A DNA stretch of 60,890 nt, from contig CAZGEP010000006.1 of the NCBI GenBank assembly GCA_964524955.1, positions 1 to 60,890 on the forward strand, written 5' to 3'. Under the pieces are notes generated by a model that made no database searches, was not told the DNA's origin, and saw only the letters and a list, made by a program, of their open reading frames with translations. This document shows positions 46,540 to 57,040 of this stretch, piece after piece. Position 1 is the stretch's first letter. Each line of letters starts with the position of its first letter. Both the position numbers and the translations under genes were made by a program. The DNA is from an uncultured Planctomycetota bacterium (lineage in GTDB: Bacteria > Planctomycetota > CAZGEP01).

Positions 46540-47949
46540 TCAACCGGTTAGAAGTTTCATGCCGGACCGAGTCAGACTGAGAAAATCATTGAGCGATTTA
46601 ATGCGAAGCAGCCCTTTAAAAATAAAACGCGGTCTGAAATAAAAACGTTTATACATTTTGCGGAGCATGTCAATCAGCTCCGGTCTACTGAAGTGTTCTT
46701 CCCAGACTCCGGGCGTGAATCCAGGTTCAGGTTTTTCAGCAAAGGCTTTCCAGCTGTCCTGTGGAATAATGCCTTTTTCGAGTCCGATTCGATACAGCTC
46801 GGTTCCGGGAAAAGGAGTCATGACTGACAGGTGAATATAGTCCGGACGGATTTCCTGCATGAAATCGGTTGTTTCCTTGATTTCTTTTTCTGTTTCACCA
46901 GGACAGCCGATAATGAAATACGCAAAGGAGGTGATGCTGATTTTCCGGCAGGCCTGGAATGCATGTCGGACTTGATCTTTGGTAATTCCTTTGCGAAGAT
47001 TTTCCAGGATCCGGTCACTGCCGGACTCGACTCCCAGGTGGATTCGTTCACATCCTGTCGATTTCATCAGTTTGAGCAAATCATAATCAACTGTGTTTAC
47101 GCGTGCTCGTACATCCCAGATAATATTCAGCCGGCGTCTGCGGATTTCAGTGCAGATATCAACGACTCTCTGACGATTCACTGTAAATGTATCATCCAGG
47201 ATGAAGGCTTCTCTGATTCCCAGGCGGGAAATCGATTCCATTTCATCGACAACAGACTCTGAGCTTCTGCACCGAAAGGATTTACCCAGATGCGGTCTGT
47301 CACAGAAAATGCACTGGTAGGGGCACCCTCGGCTCGTAAACATGGTAGTAATCGGTTTGAATGCAGAGACCGGGGAAAAGTATTGAGTGAAATCCGTCAA
47401 TTCCCGGGCCGGAAACGGCAGTGAATCCAGGTCCTCTATCAGGGGACGGTTCCCCGTATGCACAATCTCTCCGCAACGGTTAAAGACAAAACCGGGAATA
47501 TCATCCGGTTCATGGGATTCCTGAATGGCATTGAGAAGATCCAGCAGAGGGGCTTCACCTTCACCAAGAACAACATAATCAACCCCCTGGAGTCGAGCAG
47601 ACTCATACGGATATATGTTTACGTGTGGGCCACCCAGGAGAACCCGGATGGATTCGTTGTGGCGCTTGATAATTTGAATGCAGTTCACCACATCCAGCAA
47701 ATTAAAGGAGAGTGTATGGAGACCGACTGCATCCGGCTGAAAATGGTTGAGCGTTTTATGCAGGCCCGCGTAACCGCCTTCGACTTCCGCATCAAAAATC
47801 TGAACAATATGTCTGGAATGCTTCTTAATATACGCCGCAAGATACAGCAGTCCCAGCTGAGGGTAGCAGCCGCGCTGTTCTTCGACAAAATCCGGAAGAT
47901 TGGTACTGAGCATGTTATTTGTGGGTGGATTAATCAGCAGTATTTTCAT
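46540..47949 (-). CDS. B12-binding domain radical SAM protein
   Basis: LGLLYLAA, LGGPH, GEGE, TSRGCPYQCIFC, DDTF, GVESGS. Confidence 0.93.
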   Translation of the reverse strand: MKILLINPPTNNMLSTNLPDFVEEQRGCYPQLGLLYLAAYIKKHSRHIVQIFDAEVEGGYAGLHKTLNHFQPDAVGLHTLSFNLLDVVNCIQIIKRHNESIRVLLGGPHVNIYPYESARLQGVDYVVLGEGEAPLLDLLNAIQESHEPDDIPGFVFNRCGEIVHTGNRPLIEDLDSLPFPARELTDFTQYFSPVSAFKPITTMFTSRGCPYQCIFCDRPHLGKSFRCRSSESVVDEMESISRLGIREAFILDDTFTVNRQRVVDICTEIRRRRLNIIWDVRARVNTVDYDLLKLMKSTGCERIHLGVESGSDRILENLRKGITKDQVRHAFQACRKISITSFAYFIIGCPGETEKEIKETTDFMQEIRPDYIHLSVMTPFPGTELYRIGLEKGIIPQDSWKAFAEKPEPGFTPGVWEEHFSRPELIDMLRKMYKRFYFRPRFIFKGLLRIKSLNDFLSLTRSGMKLLTG

Positions 47950-49075
47950 GATTTCGCTCAACAACAGTGTTTGAATGATTTTTGCTGAAAAGTCCGAGAG
48001 TAAGTGGCTCGGCTTCAGGCAGATCAAGTCCTAATGCCAGGATGTAGGTACGTAGAAGCTTCCGGTCCTGCGGTTCCCATCCTCCATTTCCGTCAGAAAC
48101 AAGGTGATGGTGAATCTGATCGGTAAGATTCCAGTCTCTATGGGTGATGTTGTCAAAATAATAATCCGTTGTTCCAGCATAGCCGTACCAGCGTGATGCG
48201 CCGCACCACCGGTTTACAAAATCACGGTCTGACCCGAAATAACCGACCTTTTTACATGCCTTTGCCATATGAGAGATGAGTTTTTGACTGTACGTTTTCC
48301 TGTTTCTCAGCCTTCGCGGACGATCTTCCGGATCCGGTACTGACCGTCCGGCCCGGATGGGACTGCCGGTTAGAATACAGCCCTCCAGAGTGAGATCCGG
48401 TGATACAAAGAGTGCTTCTGCAAGCAGCTGGACGCCGGCGCTGTGAGCAAATACATACATGGGGTCGTTTGGATGCGTTCGGGATAATTCGTTAAGGTAC
48501 GCTGCAAGTTTGTACCGGGTATGCTTGATGTGCCCGGAGAAATTGCACGCATTTGAATGCCATATAAAAACATGATATCCCCATGGTGTCTTGCCTGTCC
48601 TGTTGTTGTATTCCGCATGAAAGCAGGCCTTGAGTATATCTCTTCCTGTGGGTGACAGCCATATCTTAACAACATTTGTGAAATGGAATGACATCCCGTG
48701 GCGCTTATAGGGATCAATCTCAAAAAGATGTCTCATATGGACAAGGGCCTCTTCATAGATCCCGTCGCAAAGTGCATTTTCCAGGAGATTCTTTCGTGGA
48801 TCCTGCAAGTCGGCAGACAATTCGACGGCTTTTCTCCAGAATTCAGCTGCACGAACCTTCATACCAAGAGCCCCGTAACCATTTCCCAGTTCAGCCAATT
48901 GGCGAGCGTTCAATGAAGGGCCGAATGCGATGGCATTCAGAACCTGCAGCGAATTCTCTTTATTTCCTTTGAAGAGTTCCTGTGCCGCTTTTTTTATAGA
49001 AATTGTCTGTGCTGCACTTTTTGATGAAGGCAGGAATACCAGAAAAGAAATACATATTTTCAGTATTAATTTCAT
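47930..49075 (-). CDS. secreted TPR plus alpha/beta hydrolase-like protein
   Basis: Signal peptide, TPR-like helices, AHSAG elbow, LTGSP. Confidence 0.55.
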   Translation of the reverse strand: MKLILKICISFLVFLPSSKSAAQTISIKKAAQELFKGNKENSLQVLNAIAFGPSLNARQLAELGNGYGALGMKVRAAEFWRKAVELSADLQDPRKNLLENALCDGIYEEALVHMRHLFEIDPYKRHGMSFHFTNVVKIWLSPTGRDILKACFHAEYNNRTGKTPWGYHVFIWHSNACNFSGHIKHTRYKLAAYLNELSRTHPNDPMYVFAHSAGVQLLAEALFVSPDLTLEGCILTGSPIRAGRSVPDPEDRPRRLRNRKTYSQKLISHMAKACKKVGYFGSDRDFVNRWCGASRWYGYAGTTDYYFDNITHRDWNLTDQIHHHLVSDGNGGWEPQDRKLLRTYILALGLDLPEAEPLTLGLFSKNHSNTVVERNHENTAD

Positions 49076-49133
49076 AAGCGAGTCTGTGAATGCTTACTGT
49101 CCTTAGAGACAGTGCCCTTTCAAAAGAAATGAA

Positions 49134-50237
49134 TTAGTGCGCGTTCAAAAGAGCCGGCTGAGGCCTCAATCCGGTTGATTCAGGCAAGTGTTTCCTCAGT
49201 GCATCTAAGATGACAGTATTACCGTTTACTTTTTCCGGATAGGTGTTGCTGCGAAATACCTCAGCCTGGTCAAGAAACTGGGTGAGTGTTTTCGGATCCA
49301 GATCGTCCGTCCTGCACCAGTCGCCGGCTCTGCTTTCCTTAAGAAAATGCGCATTGATGAACTGCTCGAAGTTCAGTGGTTCCGGCATGGCCAATACAGG
49401 TTTTTTCAGGTAGATGGCCTCACCGACCAGCTGATTGCCTGCATTGCAGATCAGCGCGTGACAGGAGGCCAGGTCTGCAAGAAAACCATCAATGCTGATA
49501 GGACGGTAATGCAGGTTCCCGTCTGATTTTTTTTCGCCAAGGCCGTATATAAAAACATCTCTGTCGCAGCTTTTTAATGCACGAATTATATTATCTGATG
49601 CAAAGCGGCGAATGTAGCAGAGCAGATGCTCACCAGAAGGGTGATCGGTGGACAGCACTTCCGGGCGCAGCATGATACCGGCCTGAATCACATTAGAGTA
49701 TTCCGGCTTGAGTGGGGGAAAATAGAATGTAGAGACAATCATGTCTGCCTGTCCAGAGTAATACTTCTTTACAATATATGACATGGTCCGGGTTTTGTTG
49801 CGCAGCCACCTTGGAAGGCCTGAAAGATCATTTACAACAAGAAAGTGCTGATGATCAAGGCTTACAAACGGGATCCCATGACGCCTGGCAGCCCTGGGAA
49901 GAGAGGGTTCAAAGTCAGTGATTACAAGGTCAGGAGAATACTCTTCGAAAAACAAGTCCAGCTCTGATGCAATCTTGTGCCAGTTGAGAAGGTACCGTGT
50001 GCCTTCCCTGCACGTCTTGAAGTAACTGAGTTTTCCACGGGAATAGTAAAAATTCAGCCCCCGAAGTTTGATGACGCGAACGTTTGTATCTTTGTACGCT
50101 TTGCTGAGCAGATCGTACGCGTGATGCGGAGAAAAGAGAAAAATATCGTGCTCATTCTTTAGGTTTTCGACAACCGTTCGAACGCGCGTTGCGTGTCCCC
50201 TGCCTTCACCTGACATGCCGTAAAAAATAGTCCCCAT
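49134..50237 (-). CDS. MJ1255/VC2487-type GT-B glycosyltransferase
   Basis: GEGRGHATR, ITDFEP, LDHQH, CNAGNQLVGEA, QFEQ-like NFEQFINA. Confidence 0.88.
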   Translation of the reverse strand: MGTIFYGMSGEGRGHATRVRTVVENLKNEHDIFLFSPHHAYDLLSKAYKDTNVRVIKLRGLNFYYSRGKLSYFKTCREGTRYLLNWHKIASELDLFFEEYSPDLVITDFEPSLPRAARRHGIPFVSLDHQHFLVVNDLSGLPRWLRNKTRTMSYIVKKYYSGQADMIVSTFYFPPLKPEYSNVIQAGIMLRPEVLSTDHPSGEHLLCYIRRFASDNIIRALKSCDRDVFIYGLGEKKSDGNLHYRPISIDGFLADLASCHALICNAGNQLVGEAIYLKKPVLAMPEPLNFEQFINAHFLKESRAGDWCRTDDLDPKTLTQFLDQAEVFRSNTYPEKVNGNTVILDALRKHLPESTGLRPQPALLNAH

Positions 50238-50478
50238 CGTTCAATATACTCCAGCCGGAAAGAAGGTTGGTTACCTGTCATCATTACCTACATTAATGCG
50301 GATATATATGAAAGCGAGAAATGTTAATATTCGATTAATATTGCATTTGTTTTTTATTAATTTTGCCTGTTAATGCGATAGATAATAATTATCTTAAAAT
50401 TAACGGTACCTTTATCTGTTGCTAACGGTTCAGCGGTTTATTATTAAAAAACATGAACCATTATTTTGGATCGAGGAC

Positions 50479-51456
50479 ATGATGAATACTATTCAGGAAG
50501 AACTGTTTGTTGAAGGGCGTGAGTACTTACGTAATGACTGTAAAATGAAATTTGCTGATCTGCACGTCCATACATCGTGTTCGCGAAAAGATGTGTTGCC
50601 CGTGGAATCACTGGAGCCGGAATCGCTGTATCGGAAAGGCCTTGATTTGGGTCTGGATTATATCGTTTTTACAGATCATGATACCATGGACGCCTATGAT
50701 ATCATCGGTTGGGAAAGGGAAAAACTCGTAACCGGTGTAGAATTTTCGCTGAAAGATCTGTATCGTGTCGGACATACCATTCATATTAATGTATACACCC
50801 TGTCCAGAGAACAATTTGAAGATCTGACAGCGCTGCGGAATCAGGCGGATATCATGACATTTACCGAATACTGCCGAACATGCGGACTGCCTTTTATGTA
50901 CAACCATCCTTTCTGGTTTGAATCCGGTGAAACGCCGAACATATCGATCATCCCGGATGTCTGCACACTCTTTCCGGTAGTGGAATACAATATGCATCGC
51001 ATCCAGAGCAAGAATCAATTTGCTCTGGCGCTTGCTGAAAAATATAATAAAGGCATTGTTGCTACAACCGATACCCATATCGGAGAGATCGGAAAAGCAT
51101 TGACTGCAGCTCATGGAGAGACGTTTACTGAGTTCTTTAACAAAATTGCTTCACGAAAATGTCACCTGTTGAAACAGGACTGGACCATGGACAACTTTCT
51201 GGAAGAGGTGGACTCCTGGATTGACCGGCTTTATGAGATGGCCAGTGATGATTCCATGGAAACAAAACTGGCAGACAATCCAATGATTTACAAAGTTCGA
51301 AAACTTTTCACACAGCCGACGTTGAACTGGTTCCCTCGTCTGATTCAGCAGACCAAACGGAAGTCTCTTCGGCCATTTATCGAATTCTATTTCTGGCTTC
51401 AGGGCCGTGAAAGCCGACAGATTAACAATCGCCTGGAATTATTCAGTCTCAATTGA
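50479..51456 (+). CDS. PHP domain phosphoesterase
   Basis: DLHVHT, TDHD, GVE, HINV, NHP, TDTH. Confidence 0.88.
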   Translation: MMNTIQEELFVEGREYLRNDCKMKFADLHVHTSCSRKDVLPVESLEPESLYRKGLDLGLDYIVFTDHDTMDAYDIIGWEREKLVTGVEFSLKDLYRVGHTIHINVYTLSREQFEDLTALRNQADIMTFTEYCRTCGLPFMYNHPFWFESGETPNISIIPDVCTLFPVVEYNMHRIQSKNQFALALAEKYNKGIVATTDTHIGEIGKALTAAHGETFTEFFNKIASRKCHLLKQDWTMDNFLEEVDSWIDRLYEMASDDSMETKLADNPMIYKVRKLFTQPTLNWFPRLIQQTKRKSLRPFIEFYFWLQGRESRQINNRLELFSLN

Positions 51457-51625
51457 TATCCCATTTCCATTTCCATCTCCACGCACAGGGGTTGTGCAGC
51501 GATTACAGGTGCATAGAAAAGACTTTATCCCTGCTCAGAATATGATATACTCATACATGAGTGTGATCGGATGACGATCTGCTCTTTCTCTTTTGTCATG
51601 TACAATCACGATTGGAGATACGATC

Positions 51626-52744
51626 ATGAAATGCATCGAGTATGGTGAACGCTGTGGACATCAGGTGGCTTCAGTCAGTATAGGAAGCATGAGGTTTCCG
51701 GTTGATACGTTGGATTCAGTTGAGCTGATTCGTCACGCCATTGACAGCGGCATGAGGTACATTGATACAAGCCGGGGATACGGTGAGAGTGAATTTGTAC
51801 TTGGAGCAGCACTTCGTGATGGTTACAGAGAAAAAGTAATTCTTTCCACCAAGTGGGCTCCCTGGATAAAGATGGTTCGGCAGGACGATGACACGTCTGA
51901 ACGCCGGGTGCGCAAACGGATTGAAGAGTCATTGACTCGTCTGGGTGTCGAGTATCTGGACTTTTATCAAATCTGGAATATCAACAGTAAGGAAAACTGG
52001 GAAAAGGCGACACGAAAAGGCGGTATGCTGGATGGAATTAAAGGAGCCATGGAGGATGGACTGGTTCGTCACACGGGTATGACCACGCATGACAAACCGG
52101 AAAACCTGTTGACGTACCTGGATCAGGCAGAATGGTGTGAGATTATTCTTCTGACCTACAACCTGCTGAATCAGGAGTATGCGCCGGTACTGGAAAAGGC
52201 AAAACAGCTTGGGATAGGAACCGCTGTGATGAATCCGGTCGCCGGGGGAAAGCTCAGTGAAGCGAGTCCGGTGCTGATGACGTTAGCTGAAGAAGTAGGG
52301 GCCGTATCCGTTCCTGACCTTGCCGTTCGATACGTGCTGTCCAACCCGAATGTGGATACGATCCTGTGCGGTATGACTCGTATGAGCGATGTGGATGACA
52401 CGATTGAGTCTGCAGAGCGGGAACGTTTTACCAGCGAACAGCTGGCAGCAATTCATGAGTTTATGGGCAAATTGACCCGAAAGAACTCCCGCGCCTGTAC
52501 AAAATGCGGTTACTGCGAGCCCTGTCCGGAGGGGGTGCGGATCAGTGATATTCTCACAGCAGTCTACGAAGATAAAATTCTTGGGTTTAAGGAGGGGGCA
52601 AGAAAGATATATCAGCGGGCTACCCGTGACGTCAAACCGGATGCCTGCCGTTTGTGCGGCAGGTGTGAGTTGAAGTGCACGCAGCATATTCCCATTATTC
52701 GTGAATTGAAGAACGCGATGGACGAATACGGCGACAAGGGCTGA
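51626..52744 (+). CDS. aldo/keto reductase with C-terminal 4Fe-4S dicluster domain
   Basis: GSMR, YIDTSRGYGESE, LSTK, CTKCGYCEPCP and CRLCGRCELKC. Confidence 0.92.
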   Translation: MKCIEYGERCGHQVASVSIGSMRFPVDTLDSVELIRHAIDSGMRYIDTSRGYGESEFVLGAALRDGYREKVILSTKWAPWIKMVRQDDDTSERRVRKRIEESLTRLGVEYLDFYQIWNINSKENWEKATRKGGMLDGIKGAMEDGLVRHTGMTTHDKPENLLTYLDQAEWCEIILLTYNLLNQEYAPVLEKAKQLGIGTAVMNPVAGGKLSEASPVLMTLAEEVGAVSVPDLAVRYVLSNPNVDTILCGMTRMSDVDDTIESAERERFTSEQLAAIHEFMGKLTRKNSRACTKCGYCEPCPEGVRISDILTAVYEDKILGFKEGARKIYQRATRDVKPDACRLCGRCELKCTQHIPIIRELKNAMDEYGDKG

Positions 52745-52788
52745 TTCGTTTCCTGACGCATAAACATATTCGAGTACGAGGCTCTTCG

Positions 52789-53556
52789 ATGTTTCTATTT
52801 AAGAAAATTGCCGCTCAGTTTCTGTTTCCATGTACATTTTTATGCCTGATACTTGGCGCTGGTGTTTATTTGATGTGGCGTCGGAAAGAATCCAATGTCG
52901 GGAAAGCGATCATAACCGCAGGTGTTGTCCTGATGATACTTCTTTCCTATTCCCCGATTCCATCTGTGCTGCTTCGATCCGTGGAAAATGATTACAAGCC
53001 CTTTTCCGTACATGATACACGACTGAAATCCGTTCGGTATATTGTGGTGCTCAGCGGCGGTGGCTCTGCCGACAGCAGCCTGCCCGAAGTCAGTCGGCTT
53101 GCAGGCAATACGCTGGTTCGGCTGGTGGAAGGGGTTCGGCTCGTTAAGAAAACATCGGACTGCAAACTGCTGCTTTCCGGGAGCAGCGTCATGGGCGCTA
53201 ATCCTGTTGCTCAAATGATGGCAGATGTGGCAGAAGACCTGGGCGTCGAAAGAAACCGAATGGTTATCGAGAGCGACTCGCGTGACACCAAAGACCAGGC
53301 CCGGTTAATCACAAAAATGATTGGAACCGATGCGTTTATTCTGGTTACGTCTGCATCCCATATGACGCGGGCTGTTTACATGTTTCAGAAGCAGGGAGCC
53401 AATCCCATTCCGGTCCCGATTGGACATCTTGTGCGGAGGGGGAAGGGAATTTCTCCATCCGCTTTCTTCCCGTCGTCATCCAACCTCTTTAAGGCAAAGA
53501 CAGCGATTTATGAATACGGTGGAATGGTCTGGGCATATCTCCGCGGGTACATATAA
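52789..53556 (+). CDS. YdcF/ElyC (DUF218) family envelope protein
   Basis: IVVLSGG, RLVEG, SRDTKDQA, LVTSASHMTRA, AIYEYGG. Confidence 0.9.
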   Translation: MFLFKKIAAQFLFPCTFLCLILGAGVYLMWRRKESNVGKAIITAGVVLMILLSYSPIPSVLLRSVENDYKPFSVHDTRLKSVRYIVVLSGGGSADSSLPEVSRLAGNTLVRLVEGVRLVKKTSDCKLLLSGSSVMGANPVAQMMADVAEDLGVERNRMVIESDSRDTKDQARLITKMIGTDAFILVTSASHMTRAVYMFQKQGANPIPVPIGHLVRRGKGISPSAFFPSSSNLFKAKTAIYEYGGMVWAYLRGYI

Positions 53557-53577
53557 CCGTTGTCACGATTCCGGCTT

Positions 53578-54270
53578 TTACTTGCCCTTTGCCCGTGCCT
53601 TGTGTGACTTCACCCGAATCCTCTTGTTTAAATTCGGATGCTTCTTCATGAATGCGTTGTCTTTTCGTATCTCATCCGCGATTCCAGGATGTTTCTGAAG
53701 AAAGTCTTTGTCGCTGAATACTTTTTCAGCCAGTTTGGGGTGCTTGTTTAGAAACTCTTTGTTTTTCCACAACGCGTTAACAAGGGACTTGTCCTTGTAG
53801 AGCAGCTTGTTATTGTTCAGCAGGTGCTCGGCAACTTCCGGATGCTTTTCCAGCCATCCCTTTCGGCGAAGCAGGGCAGCTGCCAGTTTGGGATGCTTCT
53901 GCAGGTATTCGGCAAGCTCTTCTTTGCTCAATTTCTTTTTGTCAATGAACTCTTTCAGCTTTCTTTCTCCACCACCTGAAACAGACTGATGATACGTCTT
54001 GATTTCTTCAGGAACAATGCTTCCGTCACCATCCTGATCCACATCCTCAAATTCCCATAATCCTTCAGCTGCCTTCTTTGGCTTCATGGCTGACCACTCA
54101 TCCTTTGACAGCTTGCGGTCGTTGTTGGTATCCGCTTTTTTGAATCGATGAAGCCCCTTGTGCCTATGCCTGCCTTTTTCTTTGACCGGTTTTTCGCCAT
54201 GAACGAATGGCACAAACAAACAAAGCAGCAGACCAAATCCAATAAAATACCAGTATTTTTGCTTCATCAT
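53578..54270 (-). CDS. secreted EF-hand protein with 17-residue KHP repeats
   Basis: Signal peptide; DTNNDRKLSKDE and DQDGDGSIVPEE; repeated (F/Y/W)LxKHP. Confidence 0.75.
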   Translation of the reverse strand: MMKQKYWYFIGFGLLLCLFVPFVHGEKPVKEKGRHRHKGLHRFKKADTNNDRKLSKDEWSAMKPKKAAEGLWEFEDVDQDGDGSIVPEEIKTYHQSVSGGGERKLKEFIDKKKLSKEELAEYLQKHPKLAAALLRRKGWLEKHPEVAEHLLNNNKLLYKDKSLVNALWKNKEFLNKHPKLAEKVFSDKDFLQKHPGIADEIRKDNAFMKKHPNLNKRIRVKSHKARAKGK

Positions 54271-54623
54271 TCAGCTCCTTTCCAAAAAAGTGATGTTTGA
54301 AAAATCCTTGCGGTTAATCGCATTTATGCTTATTATATAGTACGATCGGTTCAGGGTCAAGCTCCATTGTATTATTATTGCAAATGATATACCCAAATAT
54401 TGCAAGAAGAATGCGATATCGCAAGTGACATTAATATAGAGGGATAGCAAGGCCGAGATGTTTTCATCAACTTTATCCGACTGTACTGGTGGTGAATATG
54501 TTAAAAACATTTACATGCACTTGTTTGATTATTTGACAGAGCCCGTGAAATAAGTCTTGAAGATAATCCACAATTTAATATGATAAACTCTTATTTACTA
54601 TGATGATTTTCAGGAGAGATTCC

Positions 54624-55793
54624 TTGAGTTCAAAACAAAAAATGTCAACGCGTGCTGTTCATTCCGGGGAACTTCGGATCAAAGGCTCTGTAACGACACC
54701 TGTCTTTCAGACATCCACCTATTACTTTAAAAATACAGATGAAATTCGCGAGTATACTCAGGGAACAAGAGAACACTATGAATACGGCCGGTATGGAAAT
54801 CCAACGCGCCAGGCAGCAGAACGTAAACTTGCAGATCTGGAAGGCACTGAAGACTGTGTTTTGTTCGATTCAGGCATGAGCGCAGTAACGTGTACGCTGC
54901 TGTCAAATGCGGAGAAGGGCAGGCACCTGATTATGACTGACGATGCCTACAAGAAGACGCTGATTTTTGCCGAAAAGGTATTGCCCCGGTTCGGCATTGA
55001 AAGCACCGTGGTGCCCATGGGAGATTACCAGGCCATGGCGGATGCGGTTCGGCCGGAGACCTGTATGATTCTTTCCGAATCACCCACCAACCCCTATCTG
55101 AATGTTGCGGATGTTCAGAAAGTGGCTGAAATCGCCCGTTCAAACAATGTCCTGTCTGCAATTGATGCCACGTTTGGCGGGCCGTTTAATCAACGGCCTT
55201 CTGAGTTTGGTATTGACTTTGTCATTCACAGCACCACCAAGTCCCTGGCCGGTCACAATGATGTGCTGGGTGGAGCGGTGATGGCCAAGAAGGACCTGCT
55301 GGATACCGTCCGCACGTACCAGGAGACCGTTGGCGGAATTCCTGACCCAAATGCCTGTTATCTGCTGATCCGAGGGCTTAAAACCTATGAACTTCGTATG
55401 GAGCGGCTCAATGCCAATGCCATGAAAGTGGCCCGCTTTCTTGAATCACATCCTGCCGTTGAGACAGTCTATTATCCCGGACTTGAGAGCCACCGCCATT
55501 ATGACATTGCCAGAGAGCAAATGAAGGGATTCGGCTGCGTGGTCACCTTTGTCGCCAGGGGAGACCTGGAGCGCGCTGAACAGATATTAAACGGTTTTAA
55601 GCTCTGTCTGATCGGACCCAGTCTTGGGGGAACCGAAAGCCTGATTACGCATCCCGCTCTGGTTTCCTACTACGACTGTACGCCGGAAGAACGCAACCGA
55701 ATCGGGATCGTTGATGGACTTTTCCGGCTGGCTCTTGGTGTTGAAGATTCGGATGATCTGATCGCAGACCTGGATCAGGCGCTTCGTTCATGA
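54624..55793 (+). CDS. cystathionine gamma-synthase / trans-sulfuration PLP enzyme (MetB-like)
   Basis: PVFQTST, YGRYGNPT, SGMSA, ESPTNP, DATF, HSTTKSLAGHND, SLGGTESL; likely TTG start after AGGAG. Confidence 0.9.
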   Translation: MSSKQKMSTRAVHSGELRIKGSVTTPVFQTSTYYFKNTDEIREYTQGTREHYEYGRYGNPTRQAAERKLADLEGTEDCVLFDSGMSAVTCTLLSNAEKGRHLIMTDDAYKKTLIFAEKVLPRFGIESTVVPMGDYQAMADAVRPETCMILSESPTNPYLNVADVQKVAEIARSNNVLSAIDATFGGPFNQRPSEFGIDFVIHSTTKSLAGHNDVLGGAVMAKKDLLDTVRTYQETVGGIPDPNACYLLIRGLKTYELRMERLNANAMKVARFLESHPAVETVYYPGLESHRHYDIAREQMKGFGCVVTFVARGDLERAEQILNGFKLCLIGPSLGGTESLITHPALVSYYDCTPEERNRIGIVDGLFRLALGVEDSDDLIADLDQALRS

Positions 55794-57019
55794 GAAATGC
55801 TAATCGATCTTATTGAGTATTCGTTTTGCAGCTCTGCATCGGTGCGGCGTATTGCATCACCAATATAAGCCGCATCCTCTTTGCTCAGGCATTCATGAAA
55901 AGCGATCATCATGTGTTGCTCCAGGGATGCCTCTGCCGTTGGACAGCATCCCGCGTATTCATACGGAGTCTCTGTCAAAGACCACGGGAGTCGGGATGAA
56001 CCGAAGACCGTCTGGTCTTCAAACCATTTCTGATTGTAAATGATTGTGGTATACGTGGGCGCTGCCTGAACGCCTTTGTCTTTGAGCATGCCAGATACTT
56101 CCTGCTTGGTTTTGCCGCATCCGTTTGTATCAACATGAATCCTCAGAAACCACCAGGACGGGTTGCCGCTATCAAGGATCCGGCCGGGTGAGAGATGGTT
56201 CAGCCCATCCATTGCCTGGCGGATGACAGTCGCACTGGCGCGGCGCTCAGCAATCATCTCCGGCAGTCGCTGAAGCTGAACCCGGCCGATGCAGGCCTCG
56301 ATTTCGGTCATGCGGTAATTAAGACCGGCCATAATATTCGTTGGGGAATCGGTTCCAAAAGGCTTGCCGCGATCAGCAAAGCTCTTGCATTTGTAGTACA
56401 GATCCTCATTATCGGTAATGATCATGCCGCCCTGTCCGCCGGATGTCATCTGCTTGCCGCTCATGACGCTGAATACGCCCATGTCGCCAAAGGTGCCAAT
56501 CGGTTTTCCTTCCCACTCTGCCAGATGAGACTGCGAGCAGTCTTCAATCAGCGGTATATTCTTTTTCGCAGCTGTTTCAGCAATCGAACTTATATCCGCC
56601 GGTTCACCGGCAATGTGGCCAACAACAATGGCTCCGGTCCTTGGGGTGATTGCATCTGCAACGCTGGACGCTGACACATTAAAGGTTCCCGGTTCACAGT
56701 CGGCAAAGACCGGAATCAGGTTGAGCAGGACAACGGGCATGACAGCGCCGGGGTCTGTTATGGGGGAACAGATGACCTCTGCGCCAGGCTCCAGGCGCAG
56801 CGCCGCAAGTGCTGTATGAATGGACGCGGTTCCGGAACTGACCGCCGTACAATACCGTGAACCGTATGCGTCAGCAAATTCTTTTTCAAAGGCATCGACC
56901 TCAACCCCGCCGTAGCGATCAAAGGCAGCCCCTTTATCCATGGTTCGATCCAGTAATTCAATCAGGGCGTTTTGTTCGCGATCCGTAATCAGCTGTCGTT
57001 TGGGGAATTGAAAGCTCAT
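55775..57019 (-). CDS. DegT/DnrJ/EryC1/StrS family aminotransferase
   Basis: SSGTAS, IEDCSQSH, FSVMSGK, GGQGG, GLNYRMTE. Confidence 0.92.
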   Translation of the reverse strand: MSFQFPKRQLITDREQNALIELLDRTMDKGAAFDRYGGVEVDAFEKEFADAYGSRYCTAVSSGTASIHTALAALRLEPGAEVICSPITDPGAVMPVVLLNLIPVFADCEPGTFNVSASSVADAITPRTGAIVVGHIAGEPADISSIAETAAKKNIPLIEDCSQSHLAEWEGKPIGTFGDMGVFSVMSGKQMTSGGQGGMIITDNEDLYYKCKSFADRGKPFGTDSPTNIMAGLNYRMTEIEACIGRVQLQRLPEMIAERRASATVIRQAMDGLNHLSPGRILDSGNPSWWFLRIHVDTNGCGKTKQEVSGMLKDKGVQAAPTYTTIIYNQKWFEDQTVFGSSRLPWSLTETPYEYAGCCPTAEASLEQHMMIAFHECLSKEDAAYIGDAIRRTDAELQNEYSIRSISISHERSA

Positions 57020-57040
57020 GAAGGGTTCCTTATGTAAATA

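Noticed and set aside
54271-54623. SAM riboswitch or T-box upstream of the metB-like gene
   Set aside because: AT-rich divergent promoter region with no recognisable aptamer or terminator-antiterminator structure.
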